A DNA stretch of 64,000 nt from a bacterium (GCA_031441465.1 JANOEP010000009.1:96001-160000), one strand, 5' to 3'. Positions 1-10,349 are shown, counted from the first letter of the stretch. Program-made: numbers and translations. The notes: a model not told the origin generated them from the sequence alone.

Positions 1-342
1 CAGATTGCCGACGCTCACGGTGAAGATGTTCGGGCGATCCTGGTCCATCAGGAAGGCCTGGTGCCCGTCGGCGATGGCGTCGTCGTAGATCTCGAACGCC
101 TTCTCCTTCTCCACGACGCGCCCGACGATGTGGCGGCCGTCCACCTCGATCACGAAGCCGCAGACGGCGCTGCTTTCCTCGAGCGGGAAGCTGTACACCG
201 CCTCGATCGGGATGTCTTCCACGTTGCGGTAACGCTGACGCACCACGACCATGGCGGCGGTGTCGCGCGCGTCGACCTTGATCTCGACGCCCTGCAGAGG
301 CACGGGCGCATGGTTCTTGCCGAACATTCCGTAGGTCTCCAT
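1..342 (-). CDS. VIT (vault protein inter-alpha-trypsin) domain protein, probably VIT-vWA; 5' part only, runs off the window
   Basis: Absent from the ORF track; translated by hand from ATG 342: METYGMFGKNHAPVPLQGVEIKVDARDTAAMVVVRQRYRNVEDIPIEAVYSFPLEESSAVCGFVIEVDGRHIVGRVVEKEKAFEIYDDAIADGHQAFLMDQDRPNIFTVSVGNL. Q.Y.N...IEAVY.FPL...AV..F and F.VSVGNL are typical of VIT. GGAGG upstream. Confidence 0.88.
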   Translation of the reverse strand, partial: METYGMFGKNHAPVPLQGVEIKVDARDTAAMVVVRQRYRNVEDIPIEAVYSFPLEESSAVCGFVIEVDGRHIVGRVVEKEKAFEIYDDAIADGHQAFLMDQDRPNIFTVSVGNL

Positions 343-365
343 CTCGGCCTTCCTCCCTGCCGGGT

Positions 366-878
366 TCACCGGCTCTCCCACCCGCGGCGCGCGCCCTTAT
401 CCTCCCCGGACGGCATGTCCAGGTTGTCGCGCAGCAGCCGCACGATCCGCTCCAGCCTCGGCCCGACGGGCATCCCGGCGCCGGCGGCGAACTCCAGCCA
501 GACGCCCTCGGTCACTTCCACCCGCGTCACCACCTGGCGCCGCAGCGCCGGAGGCTCGGGTGCGGACTCACACCTGAAGAGGCGCCCGACCTCGAGCTGC
601 GGCCTTTCCGAGTAGGCCACCAGTTCCTCGCGCACCGAGGCCATCATCTCGGGGCCGTCCAGGAACGCCGCCATTTGCTCCAGGTGGACGCCCTCGCGCT
701 GCAACTCGCGCACCTTCAGCAGACGATCCAGGTGCTGCAGGCCGTACTTCCCGCCCAGCCCGCGCCCCGCCGGCGGCGGCAGGAGGCCCAGTTGCACGTA
801 GTAGCGCACCGTGCGCGGACTGACGTTCCCCAGGGCCGCCAACTCGGAGATGCTGTAGGTCTTTTCATTGTTCATCAT
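366..878 (-). CDS. MerR-family HTH transcriptional regulator
   Basis: N-terminal YSISELAALGNVSPRTVRYYVQLGLLPPP...YGLQHLDRLLKVRELQREG is a MerR-type wHTH; short C-terminal domain of unknown type. Confidence 0.88.
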   Translation of the reverse strand: MMNNEKTYSISELAALGNVSPRTVRYYVQLGLLPPPAGRGLGGKYGLQHLDRLLKVRELQREGVHLEQMAAFLDGPEMMASVREELVAYSERPQLEVGRLFRCESAPEPPALRRQVVTRVEVTEGVWLEFAAGAGMPVGPRLERIVRLLRDNLDMPSGEDKGARRGWESR

Positions 879-884
879 GGAGTC

Positions 885-918
885 ATCATAGCAGTAAACT
901 GTCGTTATGTCAACTGTC
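885..918 (-). promoter_or_regulatory. sigma70-type promoter for the MerR gene (probably leaderless mRNA) with GACAGTT direct repeats
   Basis: Minus strand reads TTGACA (913-908), 17 nt, TATGAT (890-885), 6 nt, ATG (878); GACAGTT at 918-912 and 903-897. Confidence 0.75.
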
Positions 919-1139
919 TTTATTTGATTCGCAACTTATTGAAAATCAATGATTATATGGTGATGGCGTATTTTTAGCATTCGTCGAAAATATCACTAAT
1001 TCGACAGTTCCACCGCACAGTGATGACCTGGCCGGCGCCCGCCCACCATCTGCTGCTCAAGCCGGGACAAAGAATCCCGATAGTGACGGACAACGAGGCG
1101 CCCCGCCGGGCCTTCCGACGAGAAAGGGCAGATGAAGGC

Positions 1140-4100
1140 ATGAAGGAATCAAAGCTGGGATTCAGCCGCTCCGGCGTGCGCCGGGGAGCCGGTATGCTCG
1201 TGGCCGGTCTCTGCATCCTGTGCGGAGTCCTGTCGGCGCAGGCGGAAGTCAATTCCGGCAGGTACACGGGCAACGGCGCGGCCTCGCGGGCGATCACCGG
1301 CGCCGGTTTCCAGCCCGAGATCGTCATCATCAAGGGCGACAACACCGAGTCCGCGGTGATCCGCACGGCGACGATGCCGGCCGGCACCTCCAAACAGCTC
1401 GCCCAAGACCAGCCGATGATCGTGAACCGGATCCTCGGGTTCGCCGCCGACGGCTTCAATATCGGCAACGACGCCGACGTGAACGCGTCGGGCGTGGAGT
1501 ACGCCTGGGTCGCCTTCTCCTCCAGCCCAGGCGACCTCAAGCTCGGCACCTACACCGGCAACGGCAACATTCTGAGGAACGTGACGGGAAGCGGCTTCCA
1601 GCCCGAACTGGTGTTCGTGCTGGGGAGCAACAGCAAGCGTCCCGTCTGGCGCAGCAGCGCCATGCCGTGGCTCCTGGCCATGGATTTCGACGATTTCGAT
1701 CTCAGGACCAGCCTGATCAATTCGTTCCTCGCCGACGGCTTCCAGGTGGCGTGGAATGACGAAGTCAATCAATCGGGCGTGGTCTATCACTACATCGCCT
1801 GGAACGCGACGCCCGGCGCGATCACCCTTGGCCAGTACACGGGCAACGGGCATAACGATCAGAGAATCAGCAGCCCCGGCTTCAAGCCGGAATGGGTCCT
1901 CGTCAAGGATGGCGGGGATCTGCCGGCCGTGCAGAAGCCGAAGGAACTCGACGGCCACAGGTCGGGGTTCGCGACGCCGGAGATCTTCACGGAACAGGGC
2001 GTCCGGGACCTGGAGGCTAACGGGTTCAAGGTCGGCAACGATCCGAGCGTGAACGCCTCCGGCCGCACCTACTATTACGCGGCCTTCGAGGACCGCAAGG
2101 TCGACAACTCCGATCTGGAGGTCACCCTGTCCGCCGCTCCGACGGCCCTGGCCGTGGGCCAGGATGTCGTCCACACGGTCGGGTTGCGCAACAACGGGCC
2201 GGACGACGCCACCGGCGTCGCGGTCACCCTGCACCTGCCCGTCGGCCTGTCCTTCCTGAGCGCCTCGCCAGGCTCCGGCAGTTACGACAGCGCCAGCGGC
2301 GTCTGGACCCTCGGCAGTCTCGGCAACAACACGTCGGCACAACTGACGGTGACCTCCCACGTGGAGGCCGCGGCCTCGGGCCAGGTCCTGCACGCCACGG
2401 CGGCGATCAGCGCCGCCAACGAAACCGATCCGAACGGCACCGACAATGCCGCCGCCGTCGATGTGACCGTGGCCTGGATGGACGCCGACCTGGCGGTCGC
2501 CATCACGGTCGGCGACGACAGGCCGGACGAAGGGGAGCAGTTCGAGTACACCTTCTCCATCCACAACGTGGGGCCCGGCGTCACCACCGGTGTGCGGCTC
2601 CAGACCTCCGTCGCGGCGGGTATCCAGATCATCCAGGCGGTCCCGGGCGGGGGTACGTACCTCCCCGCGACCGGTGTATGGGAACTCGCGAGCCTCGCCG
2701 CCGGCGACGTCGCCACGCTGATCGTGACCGCCCGTGCGGCCCCCGGCACCGCGGGCCAGACCCTGAGCGCCACGGTATCGATCTCGGCCGCCGTGCAACC
2801 GGACCCGGTCGCGGCGAACAACGCCGCCGGGGTGGATGTCGTCGTCGCCAGCAGCGACCTCTCGGTCGCGTTGACGGCTTCCGACACGACGCCCGACGTG
2901 GGCCAAACAGTGACCATCGGCCTCACGCTGGTCAACGACGGGCCGGACGCCGCCACGGGCATCGCCCTCGCCGCCGCTTTGCCGACCGGGCTGACATACC
3001 AGAGCCATGCAGCGGAAGTCGGCGTCTACGACAGCGCCACTGGCGCGTGGACGGTCGGGCCCCTGGCCGCCGCCGCGACGGCGTCGCTGCAGATCACCGC
3101 GATCATCGGCGCCGGTACGGGCGGAACGACCCTGACGACGACGGCGACGGTCACCGCAGCCGACCGGGTCGACCCGAACGGCGCGAACGACACCGCGAGC
3201 ATCGCGGTCGTGGTGACCAGCGCCGATCTGGCGTTGAGCCTGTCCGCCGACGATGCGGCCCCCGATCCCGGCGACACCGTCGTCCTGACGGTCACGCTCG
3301 CCAATCACGGCCCGGACGACGCGGACGGGATCACCGTCGCGACATCCCTGCCGTTCGGGCTCGGCTACGTGAGCGCCGCGCCGGGCGTCGGCGGCTACAG
3401 CCAGGCGACCGGCGTCTGGTCCGTGGGCGATCTGATCGAAGGCGGCACGGCCACCCTGCAGATCACGACGACGGCGTCGGGCGCTCCACCGGGTGCGATC
3501 CTCGTCCCCGTCGCGACGATCACCGCCGCCGGGCAGAGCGACCCGGTCGCCGCCAACAACACCGCATCCTTCGCCGTCGTCATGACCGTCGCCGATCTGG
3601 CGCTGGGCCTCTCCGCGGACAACACGGCCCCCAACCAGGGCGACCCCGTCGTCTTCACGATCACACTCGTCAATCACGGCCCGGACGACGCGAGCGGAAT
3701 CGCCGTCACGACGAGCCTGCCGGCGGAACTCACCTACGTCGGCTGCGTGCCGGCCAGCGGCGTCTTCGTTCCCGGAACGGGCGTGTGGACGGTCGATGAT
3801 CTGTCCGCTTCGAACTCCACCACGTTGCGGATCACGACCTCGTTGGACGGCGCCATCGGCGGCACGAACCTGATCACCGGCGCGACGATCACGGCCGCGG
3901 ATCAGGGCGACCCCGCGCTCGCCAACAACTCGGCCAGCGCCGCTGTCGGCGTCACCAGCGCCGATCTGGGGCTGCTGCTCGCCGTCGACGACGACACTCC
4001 CGACGAGCATCAACCGGTAACGTTCTCGCTCACGCTGACGAACCACGGCCCGAACGCGGCGGGTGGTGTCGTCGCGGCGCTCTCGTTACCCGGTGGATTG

Positions 4101-7100
4101 ACGTACGCCGGCGACGTCGCCGATACGGGTGGCTACGACCACGTCTCCGGCGCCTGGACAGTCGGCGGTCTGGGCGTCGGCGCCACGGCGACCCTGGACG
4201 TCACGTTCACGGTCGACGGAGGCACGGCCGGCTCCGAGCTGACGGTGTCGGGCAACATCTCCGCCTCGGAGCAGGGCGACGCCGTACCCGGCAACAACGC
4301 AGCCAGCCAGATCGTCACCGTCACCGACGCTGATCTCGCGCTGTCGCTCACGGTCACCGACTCGGAACCCGACGTGCTGCAGCAGATCACGTTCACGCTC
4401 GGACTGTCGAACCACGGCCCGGACACGGCGGACGGCATCGCCGTCGCCGCCCTGCTGCCGGCCGGGTTGACGTACGAGAGCGACGCGGCGGATCAGGGCG
4501 GCTACAACCACCTCGCGGGCCTCTGGACGGTCGGGGGCCTGGCGGCCGGCGCCAGCGCGAATCTGAACCTCACCTGCACCGTCCGCGACGGCGCCGGAGG
4601 TTCGACGCTCACTCTGTCGGGCGCCGTTTCTGCCTCGAACCAGGGCGATACCGTAACCGGCAACAACACGGCCGCCCGGTCCGTCATCGTCACCAGCGCC
4701 GACCTCGCGCTTTCGGGCTCGATCACCGACGCCACGCCCGACGAAGGTCAGCAAGTCACGCGCTCGTTCATCCTGGAGAATTTCGGCCCCAGCGAGGCGA
4801 GCGGCGTCACCGTCGCCGCCGCCCTGCCGCCGGGAATGACCTTCGTGAGCGGCACGGCGAATCAGGGCGTCTACGACCACCTCACCGGCGTCTGGACGGT
4901 CGGCGACCTGGCGGCCGGCGCCGCGAGAACCCTGGACCTCACGGTCTCGGTCGATGGCGGCACGGGCGGTTCGACACTGACCTCGTCGGCGTCGGTGGCG
5001 ACGTCCGGGCAGAGCGATCCGACTCCGGCGAACAACGCGACGAGCATCGCGGTCACCGTGACCAGCGTCGATCTCGGTCTCGCCCTGTCCGTATCGGACT
5101 CCGCGCCGGACGAGAACGATACGCTCGACTACACGCTCAAGCTGACCAACCACGGACCCGATCCGGCCACCGGCGTGGGCGTCGCCGTGGCGCTGCCGGC
5201 CGGCATCGGTTACCTGGGCAGCGTCCCCGCCATCGGCGTCTTCGACAGCGCGTCGGGAATCTGGTCGGTGGGCAACCTCGCCGCCGCCGCCGCGACGACG
5301 CTGCGGATCTCGGCGGTCGTGTCCACCGGCACGGCCGGCTCCTCGCTGACCGTCTCCGCGGGCGTGAACGCGGCCGGGCAGAGCGATCCCGTTCCCGCCA
5401 ACAACACCGCGACGGTCGCCGTGACCGTCGGCGTCCCGACCGCCGACTTGTCCCTGGCAGCGGCATTCGACACCGCGGAAGCGACAGCCGGCGGCACCGC
5501 GGTCCTGCGTCTGCGGTTGGCCAACGACGGGCCGTACCAGGGGACCGGCATCGGCGTCGATCTCACCCTGCCGGCGCACCTGACGGTGTTCGACCTCGAT
5601 CCTGGTCATGGCGAGTACGACACCAATACCGGGCGCTGGCTGATCCCAACGCTCGCGGCCGGTGCTGCCGATACCCTCGTGGCGACCTGCAGCATCGCGT
5701 CCGGGGCGACCGGCTACGCGACCGCTCCCGGCGCCGTGATCAGCGCCGGCGACCAGGTCGACCCCGACCCGTCCGACAACATCGCGACGGCGAATCTGAC
5801 GATCGCTCCCCCGCCGTCGCTCCGATTCGCCGTGCGCCCGTTCGCCGATTCCCGCCGGCACCTGCTGCCCGGCGGCGCCTCGGACGCCGTGCTTTGCATC
5901 GACGTGGTCAATAGCGCTACGGCCGTCGCTTCCCTGAATGCGATCGCCGTACGCAACCCGGCGATGAGCGGCGTCGATCAATCCCGCCAGGACGCGGCCT
6001 GGGCCGGCCTCGATCTGCGCTATAGGACCGGCGGCGTCGATGTGCCCGTGCCCGTCGTCGACGGCGGCAATCCCGCCGGCAACTTCGTCGACGGCACGGC
6101 CGTCTTCGGGGGACTCGACCTTGCCCTGGCGCCCGGCGACACGTTGCGCCTGGCCCTTTTCGGCGCGGCGGCCCTGGACGCGCCGGACGGCCTCGTGCTG
6201 TCGCCCGTCATCGAAGACGCCGACGCCCTTTCGGTTCCGGGAAATTTCACGATCTCCGGCACCTGGCCCCTCATCGCGGCAGGCGTCCTGGCCGTCGACG
6301 GCATGACCGCCGCGCAGATCATGCTGCGCCCGATCGGGGCGGAGGTCTTCCAGCTCGACTCGGTCCGCAACGTGGCGCTGGACGTCACGCTGCCGGGCAA
6401 CGGCGGCATGGCGGATCACCTCACGCGTTTCAACGTCCGCAACCACGGCACCGCGACAGCGGGCAACGTCCTGACCCGCCTCGAACTCTGGGCTGACGAC
6501 GGCGACGGCAGCTTCGACGCCGCCGGCGACACGCGGATCGCCCCCCTGACCTGGACCGGCGACCGCTGGGAGGCCACCGGCCTCTGGCACCCGGTTTCCG
6601 CGGGCGGCCTGCAGATCTATGTCACCGTGGACGTGGCGGCCGACGCGCTCGGCGGCACGGTGCAACTGGGACTGCCTGCCGGCGACGACACCGGCGTGGG
6701 CATGGCCAGCGGCAACGACGGCCCCAACGACGATCCGGTCATCAATCCGTTCACGCAGACCGTGAGCGCCACCGACAGGATCATCGCCGCGGCCCTGCCG
6801 CTCACCTCCGCCGTCGTGGCGCCGGGCCAGTCCGGCGTGACCATGCTGCATCTGATCATGCGGAATCTGTACGACGATGCGCGGGTGCTGACGCGCCTGC
6901 AGGTCCGCAACACCGGTCGCGGCCAGGGCGACGCCACGCAGGACGAGCGCGATCGGGCGCTGTCGGTGCTGTCGCTGCGCCGGGACGGAAACGGCGACGG
7001 TGTCCTGGGATCCGTCACCGAGGATCCGGTGATCGGGACCGCGGTGTTCGCGGCCGGCCGGGCCCAGTTCACCGGCCTGAACTGTGAACTGCAACCGGGT

Positions 7101-10100
7101 AGTCTCGCTCACCTGTTCCTGACGGCCGGAGTCTCGCGGTTCCAGGCCGCGGACGGCGACACGCTGGGCGTGGTGATCGGCAGCGGTGCCGATCTCGATT
7201 TCGGCGGTGGCGTCGCCCTGGTTGGGGCTTGGCCCCTCGACTCACAGGCCCGGCACCGGGTGGACGGCATGGTCTCCGCGCAGATCGACTGCCGGGAACT
7301 GCCGCCGGTCTCCCTCACGGCCGGTGAGGGCCCTGTCCTGGCTTTCGACTTCAGCGTGCCGGGAAACGGTTATCTGGCAGACACCCTGACCCAACTCCAC
7401 CTGGTCAACCAGGGCTCGGCTGCGGTGACGGACATCGCCGCCGTGCAACTCTGGGCCGACGACGGCGACGGGCTCTTCACGCCATCCTCCGACCAATCGA
7501 TGGGCGACCTGGCCGGTGCCGGCGACACCTGGGTCGCCGTCGGGTTGAACGTCGTGGTTCCACCGGCCGGTTTGCGCCTTTTCACCTCTCTGACCGTCAG
7601 CGACGCGCCCGCCGACTCCGCGACTGTCCGGTTCGCATTGCCGGTCGACGGCGTGACCGTATCTTCCAACAACGACGGGCCGCGGGACGCGATCGTCGAA
7701 AGCCCGACCTCGCTGCTGATCTCTACGGCCCCGCTGCTCTCTAACCTCCAGATCGCGCCGCAGCGCAGCACGCTCGGCCAAACGGTGGTCGTGACGATGG
7801 CCGTCACCAACGTCAGCGGCGAGAATGTGACAGGCATCTCGCCTTACGACATCGCGATCGGCGGCGACGGCGAAATGACGACCCTGTCGGGTCCGGAACC
7901 CGCAGCCTTCGATCTCGCCACCGGGGACTCGGGCACGTTCACCTGGACCTTCAGGGCCGAGGCTGTGGGCGACGTCTACGCCGGCGGCCGATGTGCCGGT
8001 ACCGGCGCCGTGGGTGGCCAACCACGTCACTCCCTGGCCACCGCCTCCGGCATGCACCGCATCCTGCATCCGGCCGTGCCCCTGGGCGTCTACCCCGTGG
8101 CGAACCTGCCGTTCTCGATCAACCGCGGCCAGACCGGCGTCATGCCGATGACCCTGACCCTGATCAACTCCGGGGGAACCGGCACGGCGGACATCCGCCT
8201 TACCCGGCTCGTGATGACCCTGGACGACGGCGCGGGCGCCCCCGTGGTGCCGGCCGACCTCATCACGGGCATCACGGTCGCCGAAGGCATCAACGTGTAC
8301 TGCAACGTGCAGGATCCAGAGCTCACCGGACAATCCGTGACCCTCGATCTGACGCCTCCCGTCGTCGTGACCAGCCAGGAGCCCGTCACCATCGGCCTGC
8401 GTCTGGACATCCGGCCGGACACCGCGGTCCGGAGGTTCCGGGCGAGCCTCGTCACCGATGACGACATCACGGCGATCGACCATGTAAGCCTCGCTCCGAT
8501 CGACCCGTTGCTGCTGACGGGTGCTTTTCCGGTATCCTCCGGGACGGGCAACCTGGTGATGCAGGCCACCGGCCTGGTCGTGACACGGGAGGACACGGCA
8601 CCCATCACCGCAGGCAGGGGGCAGGAACAGGTCGAATTGCTGAACTTGAGCCTCCATGGCAGCGGTGACATCGAGTTCCCGGCAGACGTGAGGATCGGCT
8701 CGTTCACCGTATCGCTGGTCGATACGCTGGGTCGGCGCCTGCGGGACGCGCCGGAGAGAATACGGCGCCTGTGCGTGAACGGCTCGATGGCCGTCCATGC
8801 CGAAGTGCTGCTGCAGGCCGCCTCCGACTCCGTGGTCACGTTCCAGCTGATGCCGCCGGTGACGGTGCCCGTGGGCGGAACGGCCGCCCCCCTGCGCATC
8901 GTCGGCCAGGTGCCCGCCGACGCGACGCTGGGTTCCCTGCGCCTGCGGCTCGAATCCAGCACGCTCTTCGACGCGCGCGACGGTAACGTCGGCGAACCCG
9001 TGCCGGTCTCCTACCAGCCGACCGAGATCGAGGGACCGCTCGTCACGATCCAGGCGCCGGCCACGGTTCTCGAAGTTTCCGGAACGCCCCGGTTCCCCGC
9101 CCGGCTCACCATCGGAGCGACCGACACCCCGGCCCTCACGCTCCACCTCGCACACACCGCGATGGTCGGCACGGCGGCGGTGGCTGTCGACACCCTGCGG
9201 CTGACCTGTCTCAGTGAGACGCGCCAGCCACTGGATCCATCCGGAACCTGCGACCGGCTGCGGGTCTACTGGCATGGCAGCCTTTGTGCGGACGTGGCGC
9301 CCTCCGCTTCGGCCGACGGCGTCATCAGGGTTCCCCTGACCGGCGTGCGGATCGCGGCGGGCGAGGCCGCCGATTTCGATCTCGTCTGCGACCTGGAAGC
9401 CGCAACCTCGGCGGCGGGCTTCGAACTCGTGCTGCAGGGCGCGGGAGTCGTCGCCCATGATGTCAACCTTTACACCATCGTCGCCCTGATCCCGGGCAGC
9501 ACCGGCACGTGGCCGTGCACGACGGGCTACGCGCGCCTCGTCGCGCCCGCCGACGAGTTGCTCGTGGATGTCGCCGACCGCATGCCGCCGCTGCTGGCCG
9601 GCGACGACTCGGCGACGGAACTCGTGCAACTGGTCCTGCGCAACGGCGCGCCTTCCGGTTCGGGATCCTTGTACCTGTCCGGGCTGACCCTGCGCGCCTC
9701 GGATGCGGACGGCGGCGCCCGCGCCATGGGCGAGACGTGCCGCGAAATCATCGTGCGCGTCGGCGACACGCTCTGGGCCGGAGTTTCGGATCTCGCCGTC
9801 ACCGATTCGACCGTCGTGCTGACCGGCGAAACACCGCTGTCGATCCCCGCCGGCGAGACCGTCTTCGCCACCGTGCTGGCGAAGTTCCGCGAAGGCGCGG
9901 GCGGCGCCCTGCGCCTCGGGCTGACCCAGGCCGACCTCCAGGCCTCTCGGCCGGACGGCGCGGCCGGCCTCGTTCGCATCCGCCCGGCTCCGGGAGCCAC
10001 GTTCCCGTTCTGGACCGCAGCCGGGCATTTCAGCGGACTCGACCTGGCGTCCAGTTACATCAACTACCCGAATCCCTTCGCGGCCGGACGCGAAGCGACG

Positions 10101-10349
10101 AGCTTCGCGTTCAACCTGCCCCAGGCGGCCGACGTCTCGCTGAGGATTCTTTCGGCCCGGGGAGAGAGCGTCTTCACGCTGTTGGACGGCCTCGCGCTCG
10201 TCGCCGGCCTGCACCAGAACCTGCTCTGGGACGGTCGCAACGGCCAAGACCAGGCGGTGCACAACGGGGTCTATATCGCCGAACTCATTGCGCGCTACAC
10301 GGACGGTCGGCAAGAGCGCTTGTTGAGGAAAGTGGCGGTGGTGCGATGA
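1140..10349 (+). CDS. Giant secreted surface protein/adhesin (~3070 aa): YTGNG repeats, 10 DUF11-like Ig repeats, uncharacterised Ig-rich region, C-terminal FlgD-Ig/T9SS-like domain
   Basis: Signal-peptide-like segment (MLVAGLCILCGVLSAQA); repeated DL.....N.GPD.A.G....LP.GL.Y...G.Y...G.W.VG.L...DP...NN units; ends INYPNPF...WDGRN...NGVY. Start set at ATG 1140 (track start 1020 is in frame). Confidence 0.9.
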   Translation: MKESKLGFSRSGVRRGAGMLVAGLCILCGVLSAQAEVNSGRYTGNGAASRAITGAGFQPEIVIIKGDNTESAVIRTATMPAGTSKQLAQDQPMIVNRILGFAADGFNIGNDADVNASGVEYAWVAFSSSPGDLKLGTYTGNGNILRNVTGSGFQPELVFVLGSNSKRPVWRSSAMPWLLAMDFDDFDLRTSLINSFLADGFQVAWNDEVNQSGVVYHYIAWNATPGAITLGQYTGNGHNDQRISSPGFKPEWVLVKDGGDLPAVQKPKELDGHRSGFATPEIFTEQGVRDLEANGFKVGNDPSVNASGRTYYYAAFEDRKVDNSDLEVTLSAAPTALAVGQDVVHTVGLRNNGPDDATGVAVTLHLPVGLSFLSASPGSGSYDSASGVWTLGSLGNNTSAQLTVTSHVEAAASGQVLHATAAISAANETDPNGTDNAAAVDVTVAWMDADLAVAITVGDDRPDEGEQFEYTFSIHNVGPGVTTGVRLQTSVAAGIQIIQAVPGGGTYLPATGVWELASLAAGDVATLIVTARAAPGTAGQTLSATVSISAAVQPDPVAANNAAGVDVVVASSDLSVALTASDTTPDVGQTVTIGLTLVNDGPDAATGIALAAALPTGLTYQSHAAEVGVYDSATGAWTVGPLAAAATASLQITAIIGAGTGGTTLTTTATVTAADRVDPNGANDTASIAVVVTSADLALSLSADDAAPDPGDTVVLTVTLANHGPDDADGITVATSLPFGLGYVSAAPGVGGYSQATGVWSVGDLIEGGTATLQITTTASGAPPGAILVPVATITAAGQSDPVAANNTASFAVVMTVADLALGLSADNTAPNQGDPVVFTITLVNHGPDDASGIAVTTSLPAELTYVGCVPASGVFVPGTGVWTVDDLSASNSTTLRITTSLDGAIGGTNLITGATITAADQGDPALANNSASAAVGVTSADLGLLLAVDDDTPDEHQPVTFSLTLTNHGPNAAGGVVAALSLPGGLTYAGDVADTGGYDHVSGAWTVGGLGVGATATLDVTFTVDGGTAGSELTVSGNISASEQGDAVPGNNAASQIVTVTDADLALSLTVTDSEPDVLQQITFTLGLSNHGPDTADGIAVAALLPAGLTYESDAADQGGYNHLAGLWTVGGLAAGASANLNLTCTVRDGAGGSTLTLSGAVSASNQGDTVTGNNTAARSVIVTSADLALSGSITDATPDEGQQVTRSFILENFGPSEASGVTVAAALPPGMTFVSGTANQGVYDHLTGVWTVGDLAAGAARTLDLTVSVDGGTGGSTLTSSASVATSGQSDPTPANNATSIAVTVTSVDLGLALSVSDSAPDENDTLDYTLKLTNHGPDPATGVGVAVALPAGIGYLGSVPAIGVFDSASGIWSVGNLAAAAATTLRISAVVSTGTAGSSLTVSAGVNAAGQSDPVPANNTATVAVTVGVPTADLSLAAAFDTAEATAGGTAVLRLRLANDGPYQGTGIGVDLTLPAHLTVFDLDPGHGEYDTNTGRWLIPTLAAGAADTLVATCSIASGATGYATAPGAVISAGDQVDPDPSDNIATANLTIAPPPSLRFAVRPFADSRRHLLPGGASDAVLCIDVVNSATAVASLNAIAVRNPAMSGVDQSRQDAAWAGLDLRYRTGGVDVPVPVVDGGNPAGNFVDGTAVFGGLDLALAPGDTLRLALFGAAALDAPDGLVLSPVIEDADALSVPGNFTISGTWPLIAAGVLAVDGMTAAQIMLRPIGAEVFQLDSVRNVALDVTLPGNGGMADHLTRFNVRNHGTATAGNVLTRLELWADDGDGSFDAAGDTRIAPLTWTGDRWEATGLWHPVSAGGLQIYVTVDVAADALGGTVQLGLPAGDDTGVGMASGNDGPNDDPVINPFTQTVSATDRIIAAALPLTSAVVAPGQSGVTMLHLIMRNLYDDARVLTRLQVRNTGRGQGDATQDERDRALSVLSLRRDGNGDGVLGSVTEDPVIGTAVFAAGRAQFTGLNCELQPGSLAHLFLTAGVSRFQAADGDTLGVVIGSGADLDFGGGVALVGAWPLDSQARHRVDGMVSAQIDCRELPPVSLTAGEGPVLAFDFSVPGNGYLADTLTQLHLVNQGSAAVTDIAAVQLWADDGDGLFTPSSDQSMGDLAGAGDTWVAVGLNVVVPPAGLRLFTSLTVSDAPADSATVRFALPVDGVTVSSNNDGPRDAIVESPTSLLISTAPLLSNLQIAPQRSTLGQTVVVTMAVTNVSGENVTGISPYDIAIGGDGEMTTLSGPEPAAFDLATGDSGTFTWTFRAEAVGDVYAGGRCAGTGAVGGQPRHSLATASGMHRILHPAVPLGVYPVANLPFSINRGQTGVMPMTLTLINSGGTGTADIRLTRLVMTLDDGAGAPVVPADLITGITVAEGINVYCNVQDPELTGQSVTLDLTPPVVVTSQEPVTIGLRLDIRPDTAVRRFRASLVTDDDITAIDHVSLAPIDPLLLTGAFPVSSGTGNLVMQATGLVVTREDTAPITAGRGQEQVELLNLSLHGSGDIEFPADVRIGSFTVSLVDTLGRRLRDAPERIRRLCVNGSMAVHAEVLLQAASDSVVTFQLMPPVTVPVGGTAAPLRIVGQVPADATLGSLRLRLESSTLFDARDGNVGEPVPVSYQPTEIEGPLVTIQAPATVLEVSGTPRFPARLTIGATDTPALTLHLAHTAMVGTAAVAVDTLRLTCLSETRQPLDPSGTCDRLRVYWHGSLCADVAPSASADGVIRVPLTGVRIAAGEAADFDLVCDLEAATSAAGFELVLQGAGVVAHDVNLYTIVALIPGSTGTWPCTTGYARLVAPADELLVDVADRMPPLLAGDDSATELVQLVLRNGAPSGSGSLYLSGLTLRASDADGGARAMGETCREIIVRVGDTLWAGVSDLAVTDSTVVLTGETPLSIPAGETVFATVLAKFREGAGGALRLGLTQADLQASRPDGAAGLVRIRPAPGATFPFWTAAGHFSGLDLASSYINYPNPFAAGREATSFAFNLPQAADVSLRILSARGESVFTLLDGLALVAGLHQNLLWDGRNGQDQAVHNGVYIAELIARYTDGRQERLLRKVAVVR
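2110..5810 (+). repeat. Ten tandem ~123-aa DUF11-like repeats in the giant protein
   Basis: Units start SDLEV, DADLAV, SSDLSV, SADLAL, VADLAL, SADLGL, DADLAL, SADLAL, SVDLGL, TADLSL; boundaries approximate. Confidence 0.85.

Noticed and set aside
61..615. 184-aa plus-strand ORF
   Set aside because: Antisense shadow of the VIT and MerR genes, which carry recognisable motifs on the minus strand
9509..10345. N-terminal extension of the 964-aa ORF
   Set aside because: Overlaps the giant gene out of frame and is Arg-rich noise; the real start is at or after the ATGA at 10346
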